From: an uncultured virus (IMG/VR IMGVR_UViG_3300001041_000009)
Taxonomy: Duplodnaviria; Heunggongvirae; Uroviricota; Caudoviricetes
IMG/VR virus record: IMGVR_UViG_3300001041_000009
Span: 1 to 64,000 of that record
Strand: one strand, 5' to 3'
Length of the DNA stretch: 64,000 nt
Below are positions 46,401 to 55,883 of this stretch, in pieces. Each line of letters starts with the position of its first letter. Position 1 is the first letter of the stretch. The translations under genes and the position numbers were made by a program. Below the pieces are notes generated by a model, which did not search any database, was not told where the DNA came from, and saw only the letters and a program-made list of their open reading frames with translations.

Positions 46401-47806
46401 ATATCAGTTTAAGCTATAAGGAGTTTCCCGCAATTAAAGTAGTTGCAATTGCATATTACTATGCAACGAGACTCATATTAGAATCTAAAAAGATGTCCTG
46501 GTTTTAAAACTAGTAACTTATTTTGAATATATATGGTATCGAATTCACTTGGTATAATAATTGCATGTAATGTGTTAGTGTGATAAATATCATTATTCTC
46601 ATCTTTCAGTAACGCAAATGATGAAAATAATCTTTCAAATGCGTCATCTCTTTTTTTTATAAATAATATCTCATTACCATATCTATATTTAAAATTAGTG
46701 AAATATACTTGTAAATCATTCTCATTAGTATATGAATCAACAGTAGAGAATTTTTCAACTACAATCGATCTTAATTCTTCAATGTCTAAATAATCAGACC
46801 CACCTACACTATCAGACTGTGGTATAGCAAATATGACAATACCATTATTATACGTATATATTTCAGATTTAGGAATAACATTTACTTCAGTACCTGTATA
46901 TGCAGGAAAATTACCAGCACTTCCAGTCGTTGTATACAGGTCTATTTTAAATTCCGAATTAAATTTTGGTTGAAAGTATTTACTGAGTGTTGAGAAACTG
47001 ATAACAATTTCATTTTGATTTTTAACGGTATAATAACAGAATGGAGTATCTATAGCCGGTGTATTGACAACTCTTTTTTTCAGTTGAATAAAATCAGATG
47101 AATCTGGTGACTTATAATATATTTCAAAATTTGCTAATTGATCTACAAAATTAAGTGAGAATGTAGGAAAGTTAATTTTATCATTAGTGAATACTTGTTC
47201 ACTTATAGATGTTTTACTTAATTGTCTAACCTTAACAAATAAACCTAAATATTTATTCCCAGTATAATTTATTCTTTTAGCTTTTAATATATACGGACCA
47301 TTTTCATCACTCAATGAATTTGTAAAATCTAATTTATATTGAGCTGTAAAAATATAATCTGTCTTATATGGTTTGGCTGTTATAACTATATTATAATCCA
47401 ACATAAATCGTTTATCTTCAATGTCTATTACTAGATCGGAATCTAATATAAACTCATAGAAAGAACCTTTATTTATCCCCAAATTAACTATATCTTTCTC
47501 ATTGATAAATAACATCATATACGTACTTGCAGGCGTTGCAAATAAATTATCTAATTGAAATAATGATGCATAATTATAAATTGATTCTGGTAATATAGCT
47601 TTATTAGGAAACATTTCTTTCAAGAATATTGAAACTGCATTAAATGTATCTTCAGTCGTATTGGATATCATTTCTGTACTATAACCAAACATTCCAATAT
47701 TTAATTGATTAATATCAACCATATCAAAATATTTAGGAGCTATGTCATTTATAGCTAATTCTTTTATTGAATAATTACTACTGTAATCTTTTTGTAGTAT
47801 AGTCAT
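43482..47806 (-). CDS. virion structural (baseplate wedge-like) protein, 2 exons: complement(join(43482..44824,46483..47806)), 888 aa
   Basis: Removing intron 44825..46482 gives an open frame ...KPGHLFR-Y-KVDTNAVELIP; YTTTGSAGN and GGSD motifs resemble baseplate wedge proteins. Confidence 0.75.
44825..46482 (-). mobile_element. group I intron 7 (1658 nt) carrying tnpB in a P9 loop; IStron-like but without a transposase
   Basis: P1 AGAU/GUCU; core motifs TTAATTGCGGGAAAC, CAATCTGCAGCC, GTTCAACGACTA, AAGATATAGTC; 14-bp stem AATAACTTAACCGT/ACGGTTAAGTTATT around tnpB; 3' hairpin with CTAACGA loop then TAACACGACAG, as in introns 1 and 6. Confidence 0.85.
44881..46113 (-). CDS. tnpB: TnpB-family RNA-guided endonuclease
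   Basis: KTRIRPTKEQ..FGYRRFIYN HTH; RuvC-I VGVDLG; zinc finger CSEC/CPIC; RuvC-III DRDNNAAINI; RBS AAGGAGGTG. Confidence 0.92.
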   Translation of the reverse strand: MIKTFKTRIRPTKEQEVYLNKCFGYRRFIYNNTLEYFNKILEFNGNIIDKDLKKFFDKFDFITHIYSKKEKEPGFEWTKEYNKTVKNEVASDFNITVNKFFKDIKNKKRCKLHFKRKIHGNGSFRIYNKNKGNVKIIDKNKFSFIINREYGHMSLKTFEDISFLYQYEIKTMTISMKNFKYYVSFTYELDVPKHTHTKNIVGVDLGILNPVVCFDGKDIINPKFPKGIIKKLEKKTDKLSTIVSKKKYDKYDPSKNYIKARTKLNDIYIKIVNIRMDYIQKVSTFLAKTYRNVVVDEFSFKELLTESDGIKRINRGIHRVGAFTFTQVLKYKCYFYGSEYILALPNTTNTCSECNHKLKTKLKLSQRIFNCPICGHIDDRDNNAAINIYKSFKGSLLTNVNKDFAVGRTV

Positions 47807-47821
47807 AATTACTAATCACCT

Positions 47822-49279
47822 CTAATTCCTAAATTTAAGTTTAAATTCATATGCCTTAGATCCTCTAGATATATTTGTTTCAATAAATGGTGCACCCATG
47901 AATGTTTTCCCAGTACCCACTAATGTTGGCTCATATACTTTTCTATATAAGTATGATCCTGTATTATTCATATTAAATTCAGCTAATGTTAAAGGACTGA
48001 AGTCTTCTTTAAACGCGTATGCGAATGTTGTTGAATACTCTGGTATTTTCATCAGATTACCTTTGGTCCAACTAGTTACGCTAGATGGTGCATTCGTTGG
48101 AAACACTCCGAAGTATTTAGACCAAAACAATATACTTTCACCATCAGGACCACAAAGTATATAGTATGCTGAACACGCATAATCTAATATTTTTTTATGA
48201 ATGTATTCATCACTAGCTTTCAATTCCCCTCTGTAAACTTTAGATATATAATCAATCCATGCTTTATGTGTTTTATATACAGAAAATTCTTGATCATCTA
48301 TGAAGTTAACATTAAATGTTCCAGCCGTTTTTGATTCAATATTATTCTTACCGTACATCACTTTATAACCAGTAAAAGTTTCACCATGTTCCATTGTCTT
48401 TATATACTCATCGGCTATTTCAAAAGAAGTTGCCGTATTAGATAAAAATGGGTGGAACGGATGATCTGCTGATAAGTATCTGGTTAATGATAATAATATA
48501 TTAGAATTATTTTTAGATAAGTAATAATACGTAGGATCTTTTTCAACATCAGGTAATAATGTATAAATACCATCACCCTGATATTCGATCAAATTTAGAT
48601 CAGGTCGAGTAAAGAATACATAAGCAAATGTCTTTGATAAATGATAATCTGGAAATGCAATTTTATACTTATTAAATTCAGTGAATAATTTTTGATTCAT
48701 ATCACTAAACCCTTTATCTCCAATTAGATTTAGATTATTCCTTACCTTCTTTAGATTATTCTCTATAAATGAATGATCCATGAAGTAGTTATAAATATTA
48801 ACCCCTTTATTAACTGATACTAAAGGTGGAAAATTTGAGCTATTGGTTATAGCTGATAATTGTTCAGCATTATTTTTACCTATAGATGTAACATCAAGAT
48901 TACTACCAAATACATTATCTGGAGGCAAAGTTCCACTTGCAATTAAAGCGGCCTGAATTGCAGCGTAGTCTTTAGGTGGAGTTACTGCGGTATCTATAGG
49001 TGGTGTTGTCGACGGTGGGGTTGCTGGAGGAGTTGGCGGTGTTTGTGTCGGCACTTGATTCGGGTCTAGATTTTCAACAATTACTACATAATCTCCACAA
49101 ATCCACCAACCCCCATTATTATCATCAAGTCTGTACCATTTTCTACTCCCATCACTCGCCTGATCATTTACAACCACTTCAGTCCCTTGAGATAAAGCTG
49201 ATACTTTATTGAATGACGTACTAGGACCTTCACGCACATTTAAACCAATAGCAGGGGTAATTCTTACTCTAAGTAACAT
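47822..49279 (-). CDS. virion protein with an N-terminal SH3b domain (tail tube/hub-like C-terminus)
   Basis: LNVREGPSTSF...WY..GWWICGDY; Pro-rich linker; YVFFTRPDLN and WSKYFGVFPT; late motif at 49310-49321. Confidence 0.7.
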   Translation of the reverse strand: MLLRVRITPAIGLNVREGPSTSFNKVSALSQGTEVVVNDQASDGSRKWYRLDDNNGGWWICGDYVVIVENLDPNQVPTQTPPTPPATPPSTTPPIDTAVTPPKDYAAIQAALIASGTLPPDNVFGSNLDVTSIGKNNAEQLSAITNSSNFPPLVSVNKGVNIYNYFMDHSFIENNLKKVRNNLNLIGDKGFSDMNQKLFTEFNKYKIAFPDYHLSKTFAYVFFTRPDLNLIEYQGDGIYTLLPDVEKDPTYYYLSKNNSNILLSLTRYLSADHPFHPFLSNTATSFEIADEYIKTMEHGETFTGYKVMYGKNNIESKTAGTFNVNFIDDQEFSVYKTHKAWIDYISKVYRGELKASDEYIHKKILDYACSAYYILCGPDGESILFWSKYFGVFPTNAPSSVTSWTKGNLMKIPEYSTTFAYAFKEDFSPLTLAEFNMNNTGSYLYRKVYEPTLVGTGKTFMGAPFIETNISRGSKAYEFKLKFRN

Positions 49280-49508
49280 ATGTATTTCACCTTCTTCTTT
49301 AAGGATTATTATATATTTGTTGTATTAACGGAGAATTAATGGAAAGTATGTATATATATTATATATGCATAATAGCAAAATAATATTCATCCAACTACGA
49401 TTATGGTATTTATATTTATTATTAAAACTTCTCCCTCACAAGTTGTTGTTGTCGATTGTAATTAAATTACAAAGACGTAAAAAGAAATTTGGAGGGGATG
49501 TTTTAGTT

Positions 49509-49679
49509 ATGAGTATATTACAAACTATCGCATTTATAATAAGTGCCGGAAGTACAATAACGGATCGAGATGGATTCAATAAAAGAAAGGAGGATAATAA
49601 TCTACGATTAAGCAAACTATCCGCACAAGAAAGATATGACGAAAAACATAGAAAGTATTTAAAAAACTTATCTAGATAA
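49509..49679 (+). CDS. small hypothetical protein (56 aa)
   Basis: MSILQTIAFII... behind GGAGGGG; early motif at 49353-49362. Confidence 0.5.
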   Translation: MSILQTIAFIISAGSTITDRDGFNKRKEDNNLRLSKLSAQERYDEKHRKYLKNLSR

Positions 49680-49764
49680 TCGTATATTGTTGGATGAATA
49701 TTTTTTTTGTTTTCAAAACATATCCATAAGATATAATATAGTTTAGAAAGGGATGATAACTTAA

Positions 49765-51081
49765 ATGGGATTATTAAGAGATGTCCTCGATACAATTAAA
49801 GCAATAAATGTTGTTGGTACTGCTGAAGAGTACTTTAAAAGTAAAAAGTATTCATCTATATCAAAACGTAGTGCCGAAGGGACTTTACAATTTCCAGTAT
49901 TGGTATCTAGATCTATGGATATAGATACTTTACAAACTATATCTAAAGCACTTGAACGTGAATATTCATCTTTCACACAGATTGTTCTTACAATGAGTCC
50001 TATGCTTAATCTCGATTCAGATATAGATGCTGCTGGGTATTTAAAGAAATTTCACCAGAACCTTGATATTAAAACTGATAGAAATGATCTTACTAATAGT
50101 GCCGTTGATGCTCATATTATTGAGAACTATAATTGTTTTGTTAGTGAAACTGGAAATATGCATATATTAGCCATTACTTGTGAAGGATCAACTACTAAAG
50201 TACTAAAATGTAATAATGAACAACTTATGAGTATTTTAGATTATGTTGTCATGGAAAGTGTCAATAGTAAATTTAATCCTAGAAATAATTTATATGTCTT
50301 TAAAGATCCAGAAGTGTCAGCTCGTCATAATCAAATTATAACTGAAAATCTGGATAAAGATACCCCATCAAAATACCAAAGTATAGCTAAACCAAAAGAT
50401 AATGATGTTAAGATGAATGAAAAAGTATTGTTGGATAATGATGTAAAAAAATCCAATGAGTTAGTCCCTACAACTTTGCATATTCGAGTTAATGTAATAG
50501 ACAATGACGGATTAAACCACGGTTATCAAGATTTTATCATTGGGGTTAAAACAACTATGCATCCGATAAATTCTGATGAAATGATAACTAATCTTATCAA
50601 TGGTTGTAACAATGATAACAAGTTCTTTAACTTTATTAAATGGACTACTGGTGAAACAGAATTCTTTAAAGACTTCTTATTTAATATTAAAGAAATAAAA
50701 GATGATGTTGTTAGTAGAAGTCAAGGTGCATCTCCTTGGTGGATAACATTAAAACGTAAGAAGCTTATGGCCAAGATGAAGGACAGATTATTTCTACCAA
50801 ATAAAATCTTACCTAATACGACTATTGTAGTTTCAGCACAAGAAGTGGAATTTATTAAAACTCATTATGGTTTTGATCTAATGAATCCAATGTTTGTAGA
50901 TAAGATCATGGAAACATATTTCTTATTAGGTTTTGTTGTCGTGGATAGTTCCACACAAATAGCCCATTTCTTATTTGATGGACAAAAGAGTTATCAATCA
51001 GTAACCTTCAATGGATTAGAAAGAGAGAATTCTGCTAAGACAGATACTAAAGAAATTCTTAAACTAATGAATAAGATGTAA
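49765..51081 (+). CDS. putative virion structural protein
   Basis: 438 aa, late motif at 49717-49728, structural context. Confidence 0.7.
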   Translation: MGLLRDVLDTIKAINVVGTAEEYFKSKKYSSISKRSAEGTLQFPVLVSRSMDIDTLQTISKALEREYSSFTQIVLTMSPMLNLDSDIDAAGYLKKFHQNLDIKTDRNDLTNSAVDAHIIENYNCFVSETGNMHILAITCEGSTTKVLKCNNEQLMSILDYVVMESVNSKFNPRNNLYVFKDPEVSARHNQIITENLDKDTPSKYQSIAKPKDNDVKMNEKVLLDNDVKKSNELVPTTLHIRVNVIDNDGLNHGYQDFIIGVKTTMHPINSDEMITNLINGCNNDNKFFNFIKWTTGETEFFKDFLFNIKEIKDDVVSRSQGASPWWITLKRKKLMAKMKDRLFLPNKILPNTTIVVSAQEVEFIKTHYGFDLMNPMFVDKIMETYFLLGFVVVDSSTQIAHFLFDGQKSYQSVTFNGLERENSAKTDTKEILKLMNKM

Positions 51082-51464
51082 TTTATGTTATAAAATAATG
51101 GAGGGTATAATATGGTATTAAAAATTATTAATGATCCAATACCTTTTGTATTAAAAGCGTTTGAAGAATTATTTCCTGAAATTTTGGCAGATATTCAATA
51201 TATAGATGGTTTAGAAGGAGCAGGAAGAACAACTTTTCCGGACGACGGTAGCACACCGTTAATTGATATATCAACCGATATTCCACTTTCAGCGTTACCT
51301 GAGATTTTAGCGCATGAATTAGCACATACTGCTAGACCAAATGATGAGCATGGGGTTGAATGGGAAGGAGCATTTAATCTGTTATTCGATAGAGCAATAG
51401 AATTGTATGAATATAATTTTACAATTAATAAAGAAAATTAATTTATGTTATAAAATAATGGAGG
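51079..51464 (+). repeat. 26-bp direct repeat flanking the HExxH gene
   Basis: TAATTTATGTTATAAAATAATGGAGG at 51079-51104 and 51439-51464. Confidence 0.9.
51112..51441 (+). CDS. small HExxH metallopeptidase-like protein (SprT/ImmA-like)
   Basis: EILAHELAH...EHGVEW. Confidence 0.7.
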   Translation: MVLKIINDPIPFVLKAFEELFPEILADIQYIDGLEGAGRTTFPDDGSTPLIDISTDIPLSALPEILAHELAHTARPNDEHGVEWEGAFNLLFDRAIELYEYNFTINKEN

Positions 51465-51473
51465 TGTATTAAT

Positions 51474-52460
51474 ATGATTAATAATCCAATGATGGTTATA
51501 TTACTTGAAAATGCTATGACATTTGCTGATAGAAATAAAGTTTATGGATTAATGGAATCCGAACAGGCTCAAGTTAATAATACTATGATATCCAATCTAT
51601 ATAAATCTGCATTAGAAAAATCCCATATTAATTTTGAAGATATCCCTATTAGTGCTGGTGATATCACCAGATATAGTGGTTACAAATCTATGATGAGTAG
51701 TATTGCTCTTTTAAGGGATATTGCAACTAAATCCAATATAACTATATCCGAATTGGATATAGTTGATAAATCCATATCTAATATTACTGCTTATAGAGAT
51801 GCATTTGAAAAAGGATTTAAACTTGAGAAAGAATTCATTATTCTCCAATATAACCTTTTAGTTTGTGCATGTGTTGAGGCAATATCTTCTATTATCTCTT
51901 CATATGTAGATTACATTAAACGACCAGATAGAATTGAATTTACTATTATTAAGAATACTAAACAAACTGGTTGGATATGTATTCAAAATCTTGATAAGTT
52001 TAATGGTTGTGTTAAATCGGGTGATTTCTCAAAAGCCATTAACGGTGTTATTAATAGTGGTAAAGAAAGTGTTATAGGTATTGATGATATCATTGTGCCT
52101 ACATTAATAATCGGTGGCGTATTAGTATTAGTGCCCATCATAAGAGAATTAATCTTTTATTTCTATCATTCGAGAATGAGAATGTCCGATTACTTAAAAC
52201 AACAGGCGGCCTTTATTGAATTGAATAAGAATAGTATTGGTATTGCTGCTTTACCAGCAAATAAGAAATCTGCTGTTATTAAGAAGCAAAGTGAAGTTAT
52301 TCGTCAACTTCAATCTATATCAGATAAAATACGAGTTAATCATACTACAAGTGAATCAAAATCTATGGATGAACTCAATAAAGAAAATCGTGGTTGGACA
52401 ATTAATGATGTGGCAACCCAATCTGAATCTTCAGATGGTAATGGATTCAAATTACTGTAA
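51474..52460 (+). CDS. putative virion protein with a hydrophobic segment
   Basis: 328 aa; IIVPTLIIGGVLVLVPII. Confidence 0.7.
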   Translation: MINNPMMVILLENAMTFADRNKVYGLMESEQAQVNNTMISNLYKSALEKSHINFEDIPISAGDITRYSGYKSMMSSIALLRDIATKSNITISELDIVDKSISNITAYRDAFEKGFKLEKEFIILQYNLLVCACVEAISSIISSYVDYIKRPDRIEFTIIKNTKQTGWICIQNLDKFNGCVKSGDFSKAINGVINSGKESVIGIDDIIVPTLIIGGVLVLVPIIRELIFYFYHSRMRMSDYLKQQAAFIELNKNSIGIAALPANKKSAVIKKQSEVIRQLQSISDKIRVNHTTSESKSMDELNKENRGWTINDVATQSESSDGNGFKLL

Positions 52461-52534
52461 AAATGTAGACTATTTTATTATCACAACATTAAACATTAAT
52501 ATAAAAAAATAATGTAGAAAGGTGGATTAAAAAT

Positions 52535-53590
52535 ATGAGTATTTTCGCTAGAAAATCATCCACAAATACTGATGTGAGTATACCTGTTTATGAAGGTTAT
52601 CATACCGAATTCAACGGCGAGCTTTTAGCCGTACAAGAAGGATATGAGGATCTACTTGGAGTTATTGAATCTATCCATGCGCTTGACATGGAGGATTTGG
52701 AAATGCGGAAGGATGTTAAAATCCTCCAAGAATCTGGAGCCGATGCTTTGGAAATCGATGCCCGTATGGAGAAGTTTAATTCCGTCACCGAGGGTATGGC
52801 TGGTAATGTATGGGAGCGTATTAAAGCTTTCTTTACCAATATGCTTGGTAAACTCAGGGCGTTTTTTAATTCAGTCATTCGGGCTTTTGACAACATGTTT
52901 AAATCAGGCAAAGATTTTGCCACTAAGCATGAACAAGATCTGAGAGGTTTAACTCTTGGTGGATTCAAATATAAGATGTTTGAATACACAAACATTGACG
53001 GTAGTGACAAGGCAAACACATTCTTAACTACTGCCAGCTCAGCCATTGTTGTTTTAAATTATACCAGTGGGGAGAAAATAGAATCTCAAATTGAGAAATT
53101 TGATGAGACTAAAGATGAAATTTTCAACAAGTTAAGAGGAACTTATTGTGGTGTAAATGATCTTGATAAAGATGAGTACACTGAGGCCTTATATCGGCAT
53201 TTCCGCAATGGGGCCAAAGATGAAACTGATAAAGAAGAGAAACCTATCAATATTGGGGACATTATCAATACACTTAAATCTGAAACGGCAGCAAAGAAAG
53301 CAAAAGATGCTGAAGCAGATTGTGAAAAAATATTTAAGGATGAAATTTCAAAAATTGATAAAATGGGACGGGAGCATCAGACTAATGCTGGTAAAAAAGA
53401 TATTGCTGATACAACTCGTACCGCGCATTATAACATGGTCGCTGTAGCACAAAAACGTTCGTCCGCCTTTAGTGAAGCAAAGACTATCGCGCTTCAATAT
53501 TTTGGGGCTTGGAAATCTGCAGTTCTTGCTCGTAATAATGATTATAAAGCTGTATGTATGGCCGCGTTTCGTTATAAAAAAGAAGCGTAA
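52535..53590 (+). CDS. internal head protein-like, paralog 1
   Basis: VTE-GMAGNVWERIKAFF..MLGKLRAFF motif; late motif at 52492. Confidence 0.65.
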   Translation: MSIFARKSSTNTDVSIPVYEGYHTEFNGELLAVQEGYEDLLGVIESIHALDMEDLEMRKDVKILQESGADALEIDARMEKFNSVTEGMAGNVWERIKAFFTNMLGKLRAFFNSVIRAFDNMFKSGKDFATKHEQDLRGLTLGGFKYKMFEYTNIDGSDKANTFLTTASSAIVVLNYTSGEKIESQIEKFDETKDEIFNKLRGTYCGVNDLDKDEYTEALYRHFRNGAKDETDKEEKPINIGDIINTLKSETAAKKAKDAEADCEKIFKDEISKIDKMGREHQTNAGKKDIADTTRTAHYNMVAVAQKRSSAFSEAKTIALQYFGAWKSAVLARNNDYKAVCMAAFRYKKEA

Positions 53591-53629
53591 TTAAATAAAT
53601 ATAACTAGAGTGAAGGAGGAAATAAAGTT

Positions 53630-54703
53630 ATGTCTATTTTCAGTAAACGGGAAAATATTCAATCCAGTCAAGATAGTATAATTTATCCTAATACTATTCC
53701 AACATCCGAAGGTCATGATCTAATTATTACAGAATCGGCGAAAGAATCTTATCAAATACGGGCGGGTATGTACATTTCGGATGTTATGATGGAGGAATCC
53801 GTATTTGAAGGGACCTCGACGGTAGATATTCTATTAGAAGGATTTGCCACTGACATGTGGACGCGGATAAAGAGTATGTTTAAAACGTTAATGGATAAAC
53901 TCAAATCTTGGTATGAGGTTGTTCGCCGGGCTCTAAGTCTCATATTTTCTTCAGGTAAAGAGTTTGTTACCAAATTTGAAACTGAAATTCGTGGCAAAAA
54001 CCCCAAGGGGTTTAAATATAAAGGATTTAAATACACTATTGAAAGTGCACAGAGTGCAGTATCTGATAAGCTTGGGAAGATTGCAAAGGCGCATGAGGAT
54101 TATGCTAAAGATATTGAGGGAAACGCTGTCTCATCTTCAGCACATCAAGATGCGTTAACCAAACATAAAGATACACTTCAGTCAGAGTATAACGCCGAAA
54201 ATTCGAAAGAAGAGCTTCTCAAGGTTCTAGGTGCTGAATCTTTGAGTGAGTTCCAGGATAATCTCAAAAAGGCATGTCGGAATAATGAAACTGAAAAACA
54301 AGAATTTGAATCATTTAATGGACCTACCAGAGAAGAGATGATGACTTCTTTGAAAAATAAAGATAAGACTATTAATGTTATAACTGAAAAGGAAAAAAAG
54401 GCGACTACTCTTATCAACCGCTCAATCACAGCAATTAATCAAGCTGCAAATAAATTTAAAGGTGACGATTACTCAAAAATTGCACCATTTGTTGGGCATT
54501 CGAGTGAGATGATGCGATTTACTATAACTTTAGTATCGACTATCGCCCGTGTTGAAATTGATGCATATAAAGAAGAGGCGAGAGATTATCAATCGATTCT
54601 AAAAACATTCTTAAGATTTAAGGTTGTTAAGGATTCTTTCAACAGTATTGACGGTTATACCCCGTCCAATTCCATCCTCGAAGCGGCTATACGAAGTCTC
54701 TAA
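53630..54703 (+). CDS. internal head protein-like, paralog 2
   Basis: LLE-GFATDMWTRIKSMF; shares SGK.F..K.E...GFKYK.F.YT with paralog 1. Confidence 0.65.
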   Translation: MSIFSKRENIQSSQDSIIYPNTIPTSEGHDLIITESAKESYQIRAGMYISDVMMEESVFEGTSTVDILLEGFATDMWTRIKSMFKTLMDKLKSWYEVVRRALSLIFSSGKEFVTKFETEIRGKNPKGFKYKGFKYTIESAQSAVSDKLGKIAKAHEDYAKDIEGNAVSSSAHQDALTKHKDTLQSEYNAENSKEELLKVLGAESLSEFQDNLKKACRNNETEKQEFESFNGPTREEMMTSLKNKDKTINVITEKEKKATTLINRSITAINQAANKFKGDDYSKIAPFVGHSSEMMRFTITLVSTIARVEIDAYKEEARDYQSILKTFLRFKVVKDSFNSIDGYTPSNSILEAAIRSL

Positions 54704-54791
54704 TACCAAAAGTTATACTAGATGAATTAATTCATCTAGTATAACTTTTTTATTTATTGAAACAAATTAATAATGATTATGTATAAAAGGA

Positions 54792-55883
54792 GTGGTATAT
54801 ATGTTAGAAAATATATTTTCTAAAAAAGTAACAACTAATAGACCAAAAGCTTATATTGAAGATTTTGATGTAACTCAATCACATTTAGAAACTCTCTTAA
54901 TATTAGAAGAAAATTATTTTGATATTAATAGAAATCATATTCAGGTAACTCATTTAGCATTAAAAGATCAGAATGTTGATATTCTTACTGAAGGAATGGG
55001 TGATTTCATTCATTCTGTTATTGAATTCTTTAAGAATTTATTAAATCGTTTTATTGAATTCATGAAAAACGTATTTATGATTATCTATGCTTATATAGGA
55101 GATTTTGATTCATTCTTAACTAAATATAAAGATAAGTTTAGTGATCTTAAACCTGACTTTACAGTTAAAGGATATGAGTATACATTTAGTTCAAGTATTC
55201 CTAAATTGGATGAGGTAACTAACGTTATTAATGATTACAATAGTGAATTAGATAAAGTTCATACTATGAAGAAAGCTGATATTATTAAAGAAAGAGAAGA
55301 ATTTACTTCAGAAACTTTTATGAATAAAGTAAGAGCTAAAGTAATTGGAGCTAATGGTGAGATTACATCTGAAGAATTCTTAGATCATACTAAGAGAACT
55401 TATCGTAATAATGTAGATAAAGATGAGATTGATATAACTGTTAATAAATCATATCTTGATAAAGTTATTAATGATTATCCAAATTTAAAAAGGACATTCA
55501 ACGATGCTAATAAAGAAAAAGATAGAGTTATATCTCTCATTGAAAGTATGAAAAACTTCTTTGAAAAGAGTGCATCAACTTATTATCGAAATACAACTAA
55601 AGTTACAGGTATGCACCATATAAGTATGAATTCCAATTCATCTGGAATAACAAAAGATGATACCGTTGAACATAATTATGATTTACAGAAGATGGATGTT
55701 ATTAATACATTCTTTAATTTTAAATATACTCAATCTAAAGAAATTGGTAGTATATGTATAACGGTTATGACTGAAAAGGTTAATGCTATTAAAGAATGTA
55801 TGAAGTTATATAAAGTGATTATTCGTAAATCTCTATTTAGTGGACCTGAAAAGAAAATAGAAACGATTAGAGGTGATTCATAA
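54792..55883 (+). CDS. internal head protein-like, paralog 3
   Basis: LTE-GMGDFIHSVIEFFKNLL...FTVKGYEYT; start may be the ATG at 54801. Confidence 0.65.
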   Translation: MVYMLENIFSKKVTTNRPKAYIEDFDVTQSHLETLLILEENYFDINRNHIQVTHLALKDQNVDILTEGMGDFIHSVIEFFKNLLNRFIEFMKNVFMIIYAYIGDFDSFLTKYKDKFSDLKPDFTVKGYEYTFSSSIPKLDEVTNVINDYNSELDKVHTMKKADIIKEREEFTSETFMNKVRAKVIGANGEITSEEFLDHTKRTYRNNVDKDEIDITVNKSYLDKVINDYPNLKRTFNDANKEKDRVISLIESMKNFFEKSASTYYRNTTKVTGMHHISMNSNSSGITKDDTVEHNYDLQKMDVINTFFNFKYTQSKEIGSICITVMTEKVNAIKECMKLYKVIIRKSLFSGPEKKIETIRGDS

